64,000 bases of DNA from assembly GCA_036172245.1 (NCBI GenBank), contig JAYWIR010000008.1:620001-684000 (forward strand), read 5' to 3'. Below the pieces are notes generated by a model, which did no database searches, was not told the origin of the DNA, and was given only the letters and a program-made list of their open reading frames with translations. The position numbers were made by a program, and so were the translations under genes. Positions 1 to 14,500 of the stretch are shown in pieces (positions within the stretch are counted from its first letter, which is position 1; the number at the start of each line of letters is the position of its first letter). Origin of the DNA: Raillietiella orientalis. Its lineage: Eukaryota.

Positions 1-1860
1 TGGACAAGAGAAATATTTTATTTTATTTTTCCCGTTTTTGCTGTTGTTGCTTCCCCTGAAGAACAGCAGCGATCCCTCCCTCCGCACAATTTCCGGAATA
101 CCTCGCACGCGCGAAGACGCCGCTTCCGAAGCCAATCACGGATCTTTCCGGGCGTCCTTCCGGCGTTGCAGCCGCCTTCTCTTTGCCTTCCGGGTAGTCT
201 TTCGCCAGCTTCCCTTCGGAGGCAAGCGACTCTCTCCTCCCCAAGTCGATCCCAGCATCCCTCGGGGTGTCGCCACGCATCCCGACGATCCATCTCCAGG
301 TGCTCTTCGGGTCTTTTTTTTTTTTTTTTATGGGAACGCAGCTGGATAAGAGGTGGCTTTTGGCTGTTCCTTGGAATCCCGCCCGCCCCTTGGAGATTCC
401 TTATGGAGCCATCGCGTGCTGCCTTACAGGTCCCTGCGAACTCTTCCTAATTTCTTTAGCGTAGATTTTCCTGAAAGTTCCTTGAGGGGTCCTATTTTCC
501 CTGGACAATTCGCACTTCCTTTTTGGAACGCGCCACGGCGCCCTGTAGACACCCATCGGCATCTCCTGCACGTTGCCCATACTACGTTAGCACCAGGACG
601 TCTCTTGGACTCTCCGTTCCCTTTCGTTGTGTTCCTGGTGGCAGCTTTCTTTGGACATTTTTGGAGCTCACCTTCGTGCACCGAATTGAGGGTAGCCCTT
701 CGGAGTTCCTCCCCTTTTTTCCTGCATGCTTAGGCACCTTTTTCGCGTCTCCCTGTGCTCGCTTGGAATGCTGCAGCGGAAAACTGGCTTTGAGCGTTTC
801 TGAAGTGATCTGTCGATCAATGTCTCTTGGCTTAATATCATTGGCGCTCTTTGGAGCATCTCCTCGAGTTTCACCGCTCTCGTGGACTGCATTTGAAACC
901 CTCCTTTTATCTGACTTCTTGGTGCACTGTGATGCGTGATTGGTGATTGAGGTGTGGTGGTCTCTTTAGCGTTTCTTTAGATTTCGAGCATCCAGAGGAT
1001 CCCCCTGATATCGGTTTACTGAGGCAGAGTTTACTGGATGCCATTTCTGTTCACCACTGCCCCTTGCCTTTGCCTGCTCTCCTGGAGGACTTTTCGAGGA
1101 ATTCTCCACGCAAGTCGGATCTTTGCTAGAAAGGCTCGACCGTGGCCCTTCCTAGTTGTCCCTGTCCCGGATGCTTCTTCCCTTCGTGTCTCCATCGAAT
1201 GGTTTCCGGATACAAGTGGTCACCTCTGAAGCATCCTGGCTCCTGCCACCGACAGCCTCGGAGCTTCAAGCTGCGGTGGAGAAGAGAAGCAGAAACTTCT
1301 TAACTCTTGTTTCCTGCACGTCTTCTCACCAAGAACAGTCACTCAGCGGGAAAGGCAACAGAGAAGCACGATGGCTCCCGTAAGGAGCCTGAATCGAGGC
1401 CGTTCATGGGGACGCGGAACCTCCACCGGAACGACGATCAGAAGACCTCACGGAGTTTGTTGAAGTTCCTCCTATCAGATAGAAGATTGGAGCCCCACGC
1501 CTTTCTGTACTCCCGAAGCACTTGCTCTTGGACTCAGAATTCGTCGTGATTGCTGGAAAAAGCACATCACCGGAGAAGTTTCTTCAGAAAACTCGAGGTG
1601 TTTGAAGGGAAGCCGTTCGTCCGGTGGCTCTCCTTCACACAAAGCCGTCTCTGCCTGGACTCACATGAGGATGTCCCCATCTTGGAACTGCAAAAGAATG
1701 AAAAACGACAAGTTCTTCCTCAGACAAGGGAGAGACCGTCCACTTTTCTTGAAGAAACCTGGATGCATTTGGATGTATCCCAGAACGACAATGAAGAGAG
1801 GCTCTTACAAATTCAGGATCTGATAACAACCTTAGAGTTCTTCACGTCTATGGCATAACG
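1..1860 (-). mobile_element. Degenerate non-LTR retrotransposon remnant(s), ORF1-like
   Basis: GC-rich block with broken K/R-rich frames. Minus-strand VSSRKVDGLSLVxG resembles the ORF1 remnant VEKEDLEGLSVASG at about 61680. Bases 15-70 (ttttgctgttgttg) resemble the 3' UTR of the element at 58680-58800. Many stops and frameshifts. Confidence 0.35.
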
Positions 1861-3917
1861 AAGTTCATTAAGATGTCGTTTTCTGTACAGATGGTATGAG
1901 TTTGCTAATATGTATCTATGTGCGCATGATCATATTCGTTTAGATTATTGTATGTTACCATCGTTATGTTACCACTTTGATCTTAACCAAAAGGTCGAGA
2001 AGAGGTACCGTTAGCCAAATACAATTTTCCTTCTTAAAGCTATAATAATCTCTTGCAGTCTCTATGCTTATGATAATTGATAGTGTTTCAGCAAGATGCT
2101 TTGCTCAAAGGCTGATGCACTGTCTGTACTCCTCTAAATAGTTTCTGTATCTTGGAGAAGGGTAAATAAAGAATCACATTGAACTCGAGTACCTGATTAC
2201 ATTGATTATAGATGATGAATTTAGTAATGATAGCTAGGACGATGTGAATTGCTTTCTTACCATGAGTAGTATATGCTTTTCTAAGAATAGTTGAAAATGG
2301 AGAATACTTTGGTTTTGGAATACGCATAATGAACAAAAGGTCATGTCAATGTTTCTCTAGTTAGATTCAACAGATGAGTTCTGATGAATTTTATGTGAAA
2401 CCTTGTATATATCAAAATCAAGCCTTAGTCATACCGTAAATGAAAGAGTTTGTTCATTGATGAATTTCAGTGTTGATAGAAGGAAATATTAGGAAAAATG
2501 AACATATAAACCGTTTCCATCGAGAAAGGCATACTGAAAATAAATAAAGAAAAAGAATTCTACACCTTTTTTACTACTTTCCCTAAAATGTTCAATATTG
2601 TTTTATTTTATTCTCTTTTTCTAAATGCATTTTCATGCCATCAGAAAGTTAATAGCTTGAGTTATGCTTCTCGCTGCTTAGCTACTGTAGCAATTAGGAA
2701 ATTTTCATCTCAGTGCACTTGTCCTTTAGCAAGATATGTTTTATCAGTCATTCATCTCACATAAATCTTGGTACTGTTTTTTTCTTCTTCTAGTTTTCAA
2801 ACGCAGTAGCTCACTAGATCCAATGAATAGCAGCTTTTAATTTGTACAGGTTTTGTCAAGTATTCATATTGTCTGCTATTCGTAAATCGGAGCTCAAATT
2901 CTTGCTTCAAACTAAACGTTTTAATTTCTCCCTTTGAATTCTGTAATGGCTTATCACAATAGACCGTAACAGAAATCAAAAGGAGAAAATGTTTTTGTTG
3001 ATATCATGCCTTATTGTGAGATATACGGAATTTTGTAAAAAAGACTCCCATAGATTGTGTCCATAATCTAAATTCTAAGTAAATTGTTTCCTTTTTTCTA
3101 AAAATCCCAAATCCCATTCAACTTTTTCTAAAGTCGAGTAGAATTTATGATTTTTCTGGTTCTATGCAAATGCTTCTTGTTTCTTAATTTCCCTTTTTTT
3201 GGAAAAAAAAAGAAATATTATTTTTTTAATTCTATTCGTTTTAAGTAGTAGAAGTTTAGTAGAGGTGTAAGCATTACTAAAAAATGGCAGCTTGCATGCT
3301 GCCGAAAGGAGATACAGCAGAAGAAACAATGCATTTTTTTCCATAAACGGACAAGTTAATAAGATCTTAGATCTTATTTCTTATTGTTAATATCCTTGAT
3401 GTCCTTAAGGTTCTCTCTGAAATTCATTCTTGCCTTAAAACGTTCGCGGAATCATTATTTTGCTTTCCTTGAATCCTTCCACATTTGCGATACTGCCTAT
3501 TATGCCGAAACGAGTAGCATGGTTAATTGGTAAATTCACGTAGATAGGGATCGTGTATTGCCTCAAAGGGAGCGTTGATTGTAATTAAGACCAGCGTATT
3601 TTTTTTTTTTTTGAAAGAAAAATGAAACCTTTGAGAATGAAAGCATCGAATTGATGAGTATGTGGATGATCTATGGGCTTGTGAAATATTTTTCCAGTTT
3701 TCTGAATCTCATTTAAGGTTTAACTAACTGATCAGACATGCATAGATGCATGCATTGTTGAGGTAGCTGTGATTTTGTGATCTAAATTAATTGTTCTCAA
3801 GGCTGAGGGAATCCCACCATTGGGAACATTATGATGTAGCAAGGCAACTGATAAGTTTCAGCAATAGCATAATTAATGAAGATCAACAAGATTAGTACTT
3901 TGCATCTAAATTTTTGG

Positions 3918-6900
3918 ATGTCTGAATTAAGTATTGTTTTGACTTGGACCATCTATTTCTTCTCTTCTTATGTTCAAGCCATAAAAGAAATAGATGGATG
4001 TGGTGGCTTTGTACGAAGTTCTGTTCTTTTGGATTTCACAAAGATAAAAGTCACTTTGTAAGTATTGAGTGGAAAACAGCGTAACAGCTTAGATATCACT
4101 TAGTACAGTGATAAAAATAGTGACAACAATGGTAGCATATATCATGCATCTTTGTTGTCTGGAGCTTTTCTGAAAATAATTTTGTTTAATTATGCGCCAG
4201 TTTAGTTTACCATACTTCAAAGAAGCTGTTGCACACAAATTGCATGTTGTTAATTTTCAAGTGAGAAAGCCCTAGATAAACCTAATTTTTTTTCTCTCCC
4301 TCTACTTTTCAGATACACTTATGATATGAAGCTCAAAAAGCCAGATAAATTGAAATTCGTGTCCGAATGTGCTCCCAATAATGGTTATTATTTCATACCT
4401 ATTTATACTAAAGGATCTTATATTTTAAAGGTAAAATGATTGCAATTATCATGAATATTGTAAGCTATAACTATTTAGCTGGAAGCACCTGTTGGATGGA
4501 ACTTTGATGTTTCAGAATTTGTGTTTCATTTTGATGCATCGTCCGACATATGCAGTCAAGGCAAAAGCATAAATTTTCAGTTTGTAGGATTCACTGTTTC
4601 TGGGCAGGTAGATACAGTTTGTTATGATTTGGTATAATAATAATGTACATGCTAACACACTCTTAGAAGATGGGGAAATTCAGTTATAAGTTGAGGCATT
4701 CTTCAGATGAGGGAATCTGAAAATCCAAGACAGTTAATTATTGTTGATGTATCAGCGAAATATTAGGTGGCTTCTGCCTATGTTTACAAAAATAATTTAA
4801 ATTAGTTTGTTATCCTGGGGTTCATCCCAAAGAAGTGTGTTTTACTTTTTCCTAATTACTATTTGTTGTCCTTATCATTCCTGGTTCACAAAAATGCGAC
4901 ATAACTCAATTGAGTGCAGTAGTTTTTAGTACATCTTAGTTTAAAAGCCAATTACAGGTAGTTTCAGTACAATGAGCAAATATTTATGTAATTTAGTAGC
5001 TTCTAGATAGATAGTTAACTGTGGATATTACATTATTTTACCTGTGGTGACCCTTTTTGTAGGTGCAAAGTTTGCATTCACCAGGGCCTGCTGGAGTAAA
5101 TGTCAGTCTAATTTCTGATGCAGGGCGTATTTTAACTGTAACTGAAGCAGGTGGTCATTTCCACTTCAAAAATGTTATGCCTAGAAGCTACATACTTCAG
5201 GGTTCTCACTCCAGATGGGCTTTCCATGCTTCAGAGGTGAATATTACAGTAACAGTTGATGCTGTTAAAGCTCCTCCTTTAATTTTGGCAGGCTACGAGA
5301 TCTCAGGTACATGGTATCTGTGTAATGGTTCTTATTCCAAAACGGTTCCAGGATCTGTTGAAACTGAAGGGATTCCAGAAGCAGGAGTTGATTTTTTTCT
5401 GCTATCTGAAGATGTGGTAACGATAGAAGGATGTAGAAAACCAAATGCTATCAACCAACTTAAGAAACTTGAAGGGAAACATTTATTGTGTCATAGTGTT
5501 TCTGATCATCTGGGAAAATTTCTCTTTACTGGTGTGCCTTCTGGTAGATACTGGATCAAAGCCTATTTTAGGGGAATAGCAAACCAATTTAGTGTACTTC
5601 CTGAGGAAGTAGAAGCTGTGGTTGCTCTTGATAATCTTCAACTGGATCATCCATTTGAGGTCAGTACAGTTGGTTGTAGTTGATTGATACAGTGCATGTA
5701 GGTGAATGGGTTTGAGGTGATTGGTCATGTGTTTCCAAAAAACATCAATGCAGTTATCCTGTTAAATGAACAAATGGTTACCCAGAGTGATTCAAATGGG
5801 ATGTTCTTGCTTGTGCTCAACCATTCTGGTAATTATTTGCTGGAACTGAAAGCAGGTAATGAAGCAAAGTCTTAGTCTCATTGCTATAAGAAACACATTT
5901 CAGAAAATTTTTTGTTTGAAGCAGTTCATGTAAACCTGCAACCTCATAAAGTAGCTCTTAATCTGTCTGCTCAAGCCCTTCATGTATGTGGACATATAGA
6001 TTTGCATGGCTTAGAGAATACTGACCGTACCATCAGTGTCTTACAGTCTGAGAAGCTTGTAAATTCTCTGACTGTTGAAGCTAATGGATCATTTTGTGGT
6101 TTTCTGTCTCCAGGAAACTATACTCTGCAACCCAACTTACGGGGCTTGGACACATCTCATGGAGTCAGGTAAGAAATTGCAGGTACTCTGAGTAAATGTT
6201 CTTTTCAAAAGCTTCAGACCACCGAAGATGGATATCAGTCTCGATACAAGACCTTTGCTAAACGTGCTATTTACTCAGCATCGGCCTTGCGTGTATTGCC
6301 AAATTCATTGTTTGGAAGAATGTCCAAATATAGGAATGTTTTTAAGAGACAGTGCAGGCATCACCAATACACAGACTGCAGTTAAAGGGTACATTTCTTA
6401 TACATCGATATTACCTGGAAACTACAGCGTTCAAATATCTGATTCGGATTTCTGTTGGGACCATCCAGTTCAAGAAGCTCAAGTTACAAGTCATCGCTCA
6501 CCGACATTGCACTTCCGCCAAACAGGATATAGATTGATAATCAAGGCATCTCATAGCACTCAGCTGCATTATGAGGGGAGAGTGGTCAACATACCACAGG
6601 GATCTAGTGATCTGTGTTTGCCCACAAAAGGCCCTTATGACTTCATTTTCAAAGGCTGTCATCACTTTGCGGATGTTCATTACCTTTGGGATGATTCTGA
6701 GCATAAAATTCTCAGTTTGCAAGCTTTGGCACATTTAATCTCAGGTGTGGTGATCACAGAAGTGAACAGCACAATAGAGATAGAAGCTATTGGAGCCTTT
6801 GAAAAAAAGGAATTACTCGTATTAGTTCCTTTGCCATCCGATAATGGAGGGAAATTTAAGTATCATTTCCAGTTTTGGGGTAAACCAAGAGAAACTATCA

Positions 6901-8288
6901 CATTCAATTTATTGTCTCCCATGCTGTTCTTGGTACCCAGTCCCATTGTTGTTGAAATGCAAGATGATTGCTTGATAGACAAGATACAGTTGGTGGTAAT
7001 CAAAGGACTAATCATAAAAGGGAGTGTAGAACCACCTCTTGAAGGAGTTCATGTGGTCCTTAATAATGTGGACCAAGATGAGAACAGTTATGTTTTGGAA
7101 ACCGATTCGAAAGGTCAATATTTCATTGGCCCATTGCATCCTGATTCCAAATATTCAGTTAGTGCATATATGTCTGGGTATTCCTTTATCCCTACAGATG
7201 ATCCTTACGTTTTTAAAGCAGTGAAATTGGCGGAAATTCGTGTTTTTGCAATTACGGAAGGCGATCATCTTCCCATGCCAGGTGTACTGTTGACCTTATC
7301 TGGAGAGAATGAATTCCACCAAAATAGATTGACGGAGTCGAATGGAATGCATATTTTTGAACAATTGAATCCTGCTTCTTATTTCCTAAAGTCTTTCAAG
7401 AAAGAATATCAGTTTGCTCCCCCTTCACAAATGGTGCAGGTTCATGATGGAGAGTGGGTGGTAGTCAACATAACCGGAAGGAGGGTAGCTTTCAGCTGTT
7501 TTGGATATGTAACTTCACTTAGTGGGTTACCAGAAGCTGATGCCCTTGTTGAAGCTGTGGGACAGGAAGATTGCAGTCATCTCACTGAAGAAGCATTAAC
7601 CAGTTCTGATGGATCATTTGTTGTGATGGGTTTGCTTCCCCATTGTCATTATCATGTTCAGGTGAAACATGACTCTAGTCAAGATTTAGGAAGTTCAACT
7701 CTCCCTAGAAGGACTGTAATTCAAGTAAGAAAGTATAATGTACAGTTGATGTTTACTCCAGAATATAACCAGGTAACAGATAAGGACATCACTGGTTTGC
7801 ATTTGTATTTGCTTCATCCTGCCACCTATATGGATGTTTCAGGAATGATCACATGTGAAACTCAATATTTGAGTTCTCTCTCCATTGTGCTTTTCCGTGA
7901 AGACCATCCTCAAGATAGGGCTAGGAGTCCTTCTTGGACATATGTGTACAGTTTAGAATTAGCTAGTCAGCCTTTTTTTATGCTTCCACGACTGCCCAGA
8001 GATGGAAATAAGTATTCATTACGTTTGGAGAGTAGCTTATCACAGGAACATTTTTCTTTTGTGGAACCAGAAGTGCATTTCCTTACAAATACAAGTTACT
8101 ACTATTTCAGATTTCACTTTGAACCTCAGAAGCGTATGAACAAGACAGAAAGTAGACATGGATCTCATATAGCATTCCCTGTTACTGCAGCTCTCATTCT
8201 TTTAGGATTTTACCATCAAACGTTGTTCAGCTACTTTAACAGAAGAAATGGATTTGATATATTTAGAATATTTCCTAGCTACCACTGA
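3918..8288 (+). CDS. NOMO1: Nodal modulator (NOMO), ER type I membrane protein, about 1128 aa, 9 coding exons
   Basis: GT-AG exons 3918-4057, 4313-4430, 4479-4607, 5063-5306, 5352-5659, 5702-5855, 5904-6168, 6212-7724 and 7773-8288 join in frame (3387 nt). NOMO motifs GCGGFV, CAPNNGYYFIPIY, GRRVAFSCFGYVTSLSG and the C-terminal TM segment GSHIAFPVTAALILLGFYH are present. Signal peptide-like N-terminus; alternative in-frame ATG at 3876. Confidence 0.95.
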
Positions 8289-8309
8289 AGTTGATCTTTA
8301 AAGTTGTTT

Positions 8310-8315
8310 ATTAAA
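8310..8315 (+). promoter_or_regulatory. Probable polyadenylation signal (ATTAAA) of NOMO
   Basis: ATTAAA 22 nt after the NOMO stop codon. Confidence 0.45.
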
Positions 8316-8619
8316 ATACGTGTTAACAGATCTGCAAAAACTAGAAATCATGATGTGCAGAATTTACAAAAAAGCAAAATAAATTTTTTTTACATTGTCT
8401 TTCAAAAATTCTGTATCTCTTATCCGATTCGCAGCTTGCATACAAAATGAAAAGGTGTATATTTGATTGATACAAATATAATGATATACGATAGGGTGCA
8501 TCGAGAATTCAGACGCACATTTTCCAGATATCATGCAGAAATGATCGTTTTTCTGGTACCCATAGGCATTTAGCGAAAGAAACTTGTAACAAGTCAATTA
8601 CATATGTTACTACTTGAAA

Positions 8620-10480
8620 GCTCATGGGATGTTGCTAGTGAAAACATTCTTGATATTACTTGCGCATCTTCAGCATCTAGCACTATTTTTGCTGACTTTT
8701 ATCTTCACTTTTTCAAAAAGTGAATTACTTCAAAATAGACCTGATGCTTCATAGTAGATTGAATTTCTACTCTACATACAGCTTTCCGACACACATTTGC
8801 AGATTTAAAGATATGCTATATACTCTAGAGATATTCTGATATGCTTTCCTACCAGTCCGAAAGACTGGTTTTCTAATGTTTTGTCTTTCTGTGTAAGTGG
8901 TGATTTAATGGCTTCAAACAATTGGTTAGAGGCAAGAATTTGATTGCTCTCATTTCTGCAGACAGCTATTCTCTTGGCTTTGGTCTTTTAACTCTAGGCA
9001 AGCAGATTAAACACTGTTTATGCACCTGGTAATGAAATCTGCGGATCTGCTGATCATAACAACATACAATACGTGCATATAGCTATAATCGTATATGCAA
9101 GATAGGATCTGGAATAAAAAAAGGCCGGTACGTTCAAGTAGTTTGCTTGGGTCATCAGAAAATTCTTCGTCAGAAGCAGAAATCTCATGGAAAGAAGATG
9201 GATACATCTCCTTGATGCATAAAAGAGCAAATGTTTGTTTCGGCAGATTTTTTGTTTGAAGATAGCAGTGACCTCATTTTGGTACGTATAAGACTGGGTA
9301 AAAAATTAAAAAAACATCTACAACAGAGAAACCCTAAACTGTTGAAAAAAAAAAGGAATGAACCTTTTGCGGAACTCAATTGCCAGCTTTGATCGAATCC
9401 TTCAAAAATGCTTCTACGAGCAACCGCATTATCGTCTTTCATGCCAATTTACCTCATTTTAGCAATTCACAGCTTTTAAATGTTTCCTTTGCTAGTCAAA
9501 TGGAAAGTCGAAAGAATGCATCATTTACACAATCAGACAAAAATCTTTATTGCAAAAATCTTTTTATGTTATCATTCTCTGGGTAAAATTCATCCTTGTC
9601 TGGATTCTCTGGCACCACCCGCTGCTCCGTCAACTTTCAATTCTTTCAGGTAGCAGCAGCTGTCCGGTGATTTTAGAAATGATTCTTCGAGCTTCCTGCC
9701 CATCCCATTCGGGGCTAATGGAAAGAATATCTGTCATTTCTTAAAAACCCTGGGCAGATCTCGTGAATACCGATCTCTCACTCATTCTAAGAAGTTGCAA
9801 ATATATTGCTTACTGCTTTCATTAGCTTATGGGCTTATAGAATTCCTCAACCTGTTGCTGCGGGTCGCCGTTAGCTTGGCCGACGCTTAACATTCTCTCT
9901 TACACAGCAGCCTGCAAGTGCTGCAACCCTCTTTGGTCTACCGGTGCTGTGTTGGGAACGGAGGTTTGAAGGTTTGATGGGAGGGTGCTCTGCAGCACTA
10001 TCCGCTGGATTCCAAGCTGTTCCGAGTGCAACAGAGCCACGCAGGTAGAAATGCTTAAGCAATTATCGCGGGAATCGGAACCGTCGAGACTTTCCGGTTA
10101 GATTCCCACATCACAATTACATCAGGTTTAGAGATTGCCCCCCGTGACTCGCATACTACGGATCGTAAACAAGCGTCGGCTCCGATGCTCGTCGTCGTTG
10201 TTGTTTCCCGATGCACTTCCGCCACCAGCAGGGTCTACTGGCCTCGGGTGACCCTGAACAACGGAATCTTTTTTCCAGGTCGGAGATGACCGTTTCGCAG
10301 GGCAACTGCTCCCAAGGAATCGTAAATTCCTTGGGCCAGAAATACTGCTGCTAGCCTTCAGCCGGCTTCCCTGGATTCGAGCTCTGTGAATTCACTTAGT
10401 TTCTCGAACCACGCACGGAAATCCAGAAATGCATTCTTCTGAGCTTCAATCGAAAATCGGAACGTGTGCACAACACTTGA
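8620..10480 (-). pseudogene. Long degenerate coding remnant with gag-like (LTR retrotransposon capsid-like) N-terminal part
   Basis: Minus-strand reading FLDFRAWFEKLSEF...LAAVFLAQGIYDSL...ETVISDLEKRF...LKHFYLRG resembles Ty3/gypsy-type gag helices. Protein-like frames broken by stops and frameshifts continue to about 8620. No LTRs or pol seen. Confidence 0.35.
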
Positions 10481-11558
10481 ATAGCATAAATGGATAAACA
10501 TCGGAAAGTTACGTAGTAAATTAGAAGAAGGTTTTCAAACGTTTTTCAAAACTCTTGCTAATGTTTTGTCCTTAGCAGTGCAATATTTCAAACTCTTATA
10601 AATTATAAATATGTGTGATATGTCTCATAATAAGTTGAAACTGCGAACTAAAACTATGCCTTTTACCATTTATGGAGTAAACAAAAAAGAGAACCAACTC
10701 ACCTTGCCATTTCTATTTGCCATGTGCCCATGTAATTGCTGGTCTTTTGTTTTATTTTAGAATTCTTTCACAGAAAATTAAAATTCATCTAAGGCTTCTT
10801 ACATGCCTGTAGAATCGCAGAATTCTTGGTGAGTTTGGGAGAAAAAATTAAAATAACACTCAAATTAAAATTAACATTCAGAAGGATAAGTAGCTTTTTA
10901 GATACTGAGAAGGGTAATTAGGTATCTGAAGATAAATGCATTATGGTCACTTACACTTTATACAAAGTTATAAGAAACATTTCTCATTTTCCCATTCTTC
11001 CAGTGTGAGCAATAAATACACTCTAGACAAATCCATCAAGACTCTACATTTAATGTTTTTAAATGATGAGTTTTGAATCTTTCGATTTTAAAATAAAATC
11101 GACTAGAGGATTCAATACAATCTATATCGATATGTGACCCTCGAGATCAGATTTTCTTTCTATTTAGTTTGTACAATTCGGGGCTATACCATGAACAGAT
11201 ATATTTTCATTTTTTTCCTCTTTTTTTGTACTAATTTTAATGAGCTTCAGTGAGTGCTTCACAAAATGGGATTCCAAGGAGTTTCTGCCTTGTACATAAG
11301 CAGACAGTTGTGATTTTTAATGAATTCAAAGGTTAACTCGTTTCTGATCCACAAAACATAAGTCTACTAGATAATGAATACAACAGAATAATGTTCAAAA
11401 GAAGTTTAATAATCTCATTTGTCATCAAAAATTAATGATACTTTTTAATAAATCTGCAAGACTTTGTAATAATACCGACTGTTTAGAAAAGTTTTGATAT
11501 AAAAAATCGACTGAATAAGTTTCCATGGCATAACACAACAAACATGAAAACAAACTCC

Positions 11559-14500
11559 TTAGAAGGGTGAGTTCATTCCAAGTTTGGTATCATAATCCAA
11601 ACGAACACGTTTTTGATACCTTATGTCGAATCTGGAGAAAAAAAAAAAAAATCCATCACTAAATTCGTTACTAATCTAAAAGAAATTTGCAATAAGTCCA
11701 AAATCACAGGTATTGCACATAAAATTTGCGCAACATGCTTTAAAAGTAATGATCACCAGTAGTGGAGAGATCATAAACAGCAATTGTGCAGGACATAGTT
11801 ATTCACATAAGAAACATGTTGAACTTGCCAGCTCCAATTTGTAAGATGACAGAAAACGAATAAAGCATAAAGCAACAAGTTTTATAATGAACTGCAAAGA
11901 AAATATTTAAAATTGTACAAAATTATTATAATATGGGACTTTAAGAATTTAGTACCATTGTGTGCAAAGACTTTTGATCTCCACTTTCTGTTCAGCTTGG
12001 TAAGAGATCTTTTCTTTATGATTCAATAACTGATTTTTATGTGTGGAACATGTACAGGGTGCTATACATATGTAGTACGAGAGTCCAGTATTTTCATGTA
12101 CCAACAATGACTTTTCAGTACATTAAAATACTCAATCCTAAATTGTACTTACCTCTATAAATACAGTAAGTAAAAAGCAGTATAAATCAGCACAGTTGCA
12201 CTGTTGGTATAGCAATCATGAAAATTTTCTTGCTTACATAACATAATGGTTAATTTATGCAATTCACGTGGCTATTTATTTTCTCAGCACACATAAACCT
12301 CCAAAATGAACTTCCATAATGCAGATTAATAGAAAAGGAACATTAAAAAAACCAAATCTTCAGATTATTTTTAAGCATCAAATATAGATTAAAATTAAAA
12401 ATTTAGATGGAATAATTTCTGTGCTTCCTACAAAGAAGAGAAGCCTCATTTCATCTATGGGGCATAATTAAAATGCAAGGACCGTGCATTGCAGATAATT
12501 TGAAAAGTAGCGTTACTTTTTGTGTATCACACACAAGTTTGTGTTTGGAAAACCTCATCTAAAAATTAATTTGCATAAAAGGATGAAATTTCAAGCACAA
12601 AAGTGTGATACAGGCACAATCCTTGCACATCAAAAATAAAGAATGGAAGAAATCTACATCTTAGAATATTTATTCTCTATCAGCTTACAACTCCACAAGA
12701 AATGCAATAATTACCTTAGAAAACATTGAAATCCTCCGTGAAACTTGTATTCAGACTCTGTATCAAGTGATTCAACACAAAAATGCACAACCTTTGGAGT
12801 TTCAACACAATATGGCTCAAAAGCATGCTGTGTTGAAACAATAAATCTAACCCTTGTGACTTTTTTAAACTATTACTTTGGTAGTAAAATTCCAATTTAT
12901 GGTGGCCTCCAATCATGTGGAATGATTTACGTGTTTGTTTTTTTATCATTACTTGCACGAAATTGAATTTAAAAACAGGAGAAAACGAAAAATATGAGAG
13001 TAAGACAATTTTGACAATAAATACAAATTTCTCGAAAGTTATGGATGACACTTTGAAGATACAGTTAGGTCTCAATGTTCACTTGTGATGAATGTAATTT
13101 GCTAAACATGCATTAATACTGATTTAATTTTCTAGACATAAGGAGTTTCATTTCAGCTACTTACTTGATTTCATAATATTTGACTACTTCATTGAGTATA
13201 ATTAAAGCAGGCAGCCATATCAATGTCAATAAAATTATTGGCAAGGGTACATCCAGTAATCCAGGTACCCCTTGTATCTGATTCAAGAAAATATCAAAAC
13301 TGCAGAAAGCAGTCTGAAGAAGAATCCTGTAAACAAATCTGTTTCCAAGTTGGTATGACTAATGAACTCACATTAGCAATGAGGCCATACTCCATAACTG
13401 ATTGGATAAAGGATTCTTCTTGCATAAAAACTTATCGTGATACACAAAATTACTCGATATGGTAACTAAAACAAAATGAAAAAAAAAAAGAAAAACTAGC
13501 AATATACTCACCTAAATATATCGTAAAAAGAAAAGCCGACATATTCTGAAGAACTGTTAAGCTGAATAACTGCTGACCACCCCATAAATACAACACTTCA
13601 GTGATATTTTTCTGTTTTTTATATAAAAGGTAGCAACCTCCAGAATCTATGGAGCAAAAGTTTCCCAGAAGGATCACATAAGAGATAAGAATGATGACCA
13701 TGGACGGCAAAAATTTGCAGATGTAGCACCATAAATAATGATGCAATAACTACAATGACAACAAGATTCCAGACTTCTCAATATTCTGCTTACCTGACGT
13801 GAAAAATAATTTTGCTTTTTGCCAGATGGCATAACTGCAGTTTGATCATCAGTTGAGACTGCAATAAGAGACATGCCAAGAACAGGTATAATTATGCATG
13901 ATAACCACAACAGCTGATACTGTGTTAATGCAGGAGGAAGCAACAAAATGGTACTACAACTTTCCAATAAGGCAAGAGTTACATTACTGGCACATATAAA
14001 AAACATAGTCTTTCTAAAAATATGCATATGGTGACGGGCCTAAAATACAGGGGAAAACATTTGAATGAACATGGCTTAGAAAAGAACTATACTAACCTCT
14101 ATTAGCAAGCAATGCAAAGGAATATTCGACTGCTTTGAATAATATAAAGCGCAGGAAAGAGTATTTAAAGTATCAGCGACTTCACATGGTATAAATGCTG
14201 CAGATCTAGATCTAGTTTTTCTTAGAGTATTTGAACAGGCTGCTGGCATTAATGGCTCAATGCCAATACTAAAAAAAATCAATTGAAATATGCAAATGGA
14301 AACAAGACCCTTACGCTATGTCTGCTTGGAGAAATATCTTACTGTTTAGATGATTTGACGATGACCCGACAACACAAACAATTTCTCCATATTCTTGCAT
14401 TATTTTAATCATTTCTCTGCATCCATCTGAGGAGCAATCCGTAAATAAAGATACTAACAAAGGCACATTATCTATATTTTCTAAATGTGGTCGTATTTCC

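Noticed and set aside
1635..1829. RWGHPHV motif recalling the mononegavirus L-protein WGHP motif (possible endogenous virus)
   Set aside because: Only four residues match, the flanks lack other L motifs, and the region fits a decayed retrotransposon ORF1 at least as well.
11670..13075. Possible nested exons or ORFs in the last TMEM94 intron
   Set aside because: Isolated donor sites only; no consistent phase chain or recognisable protein.
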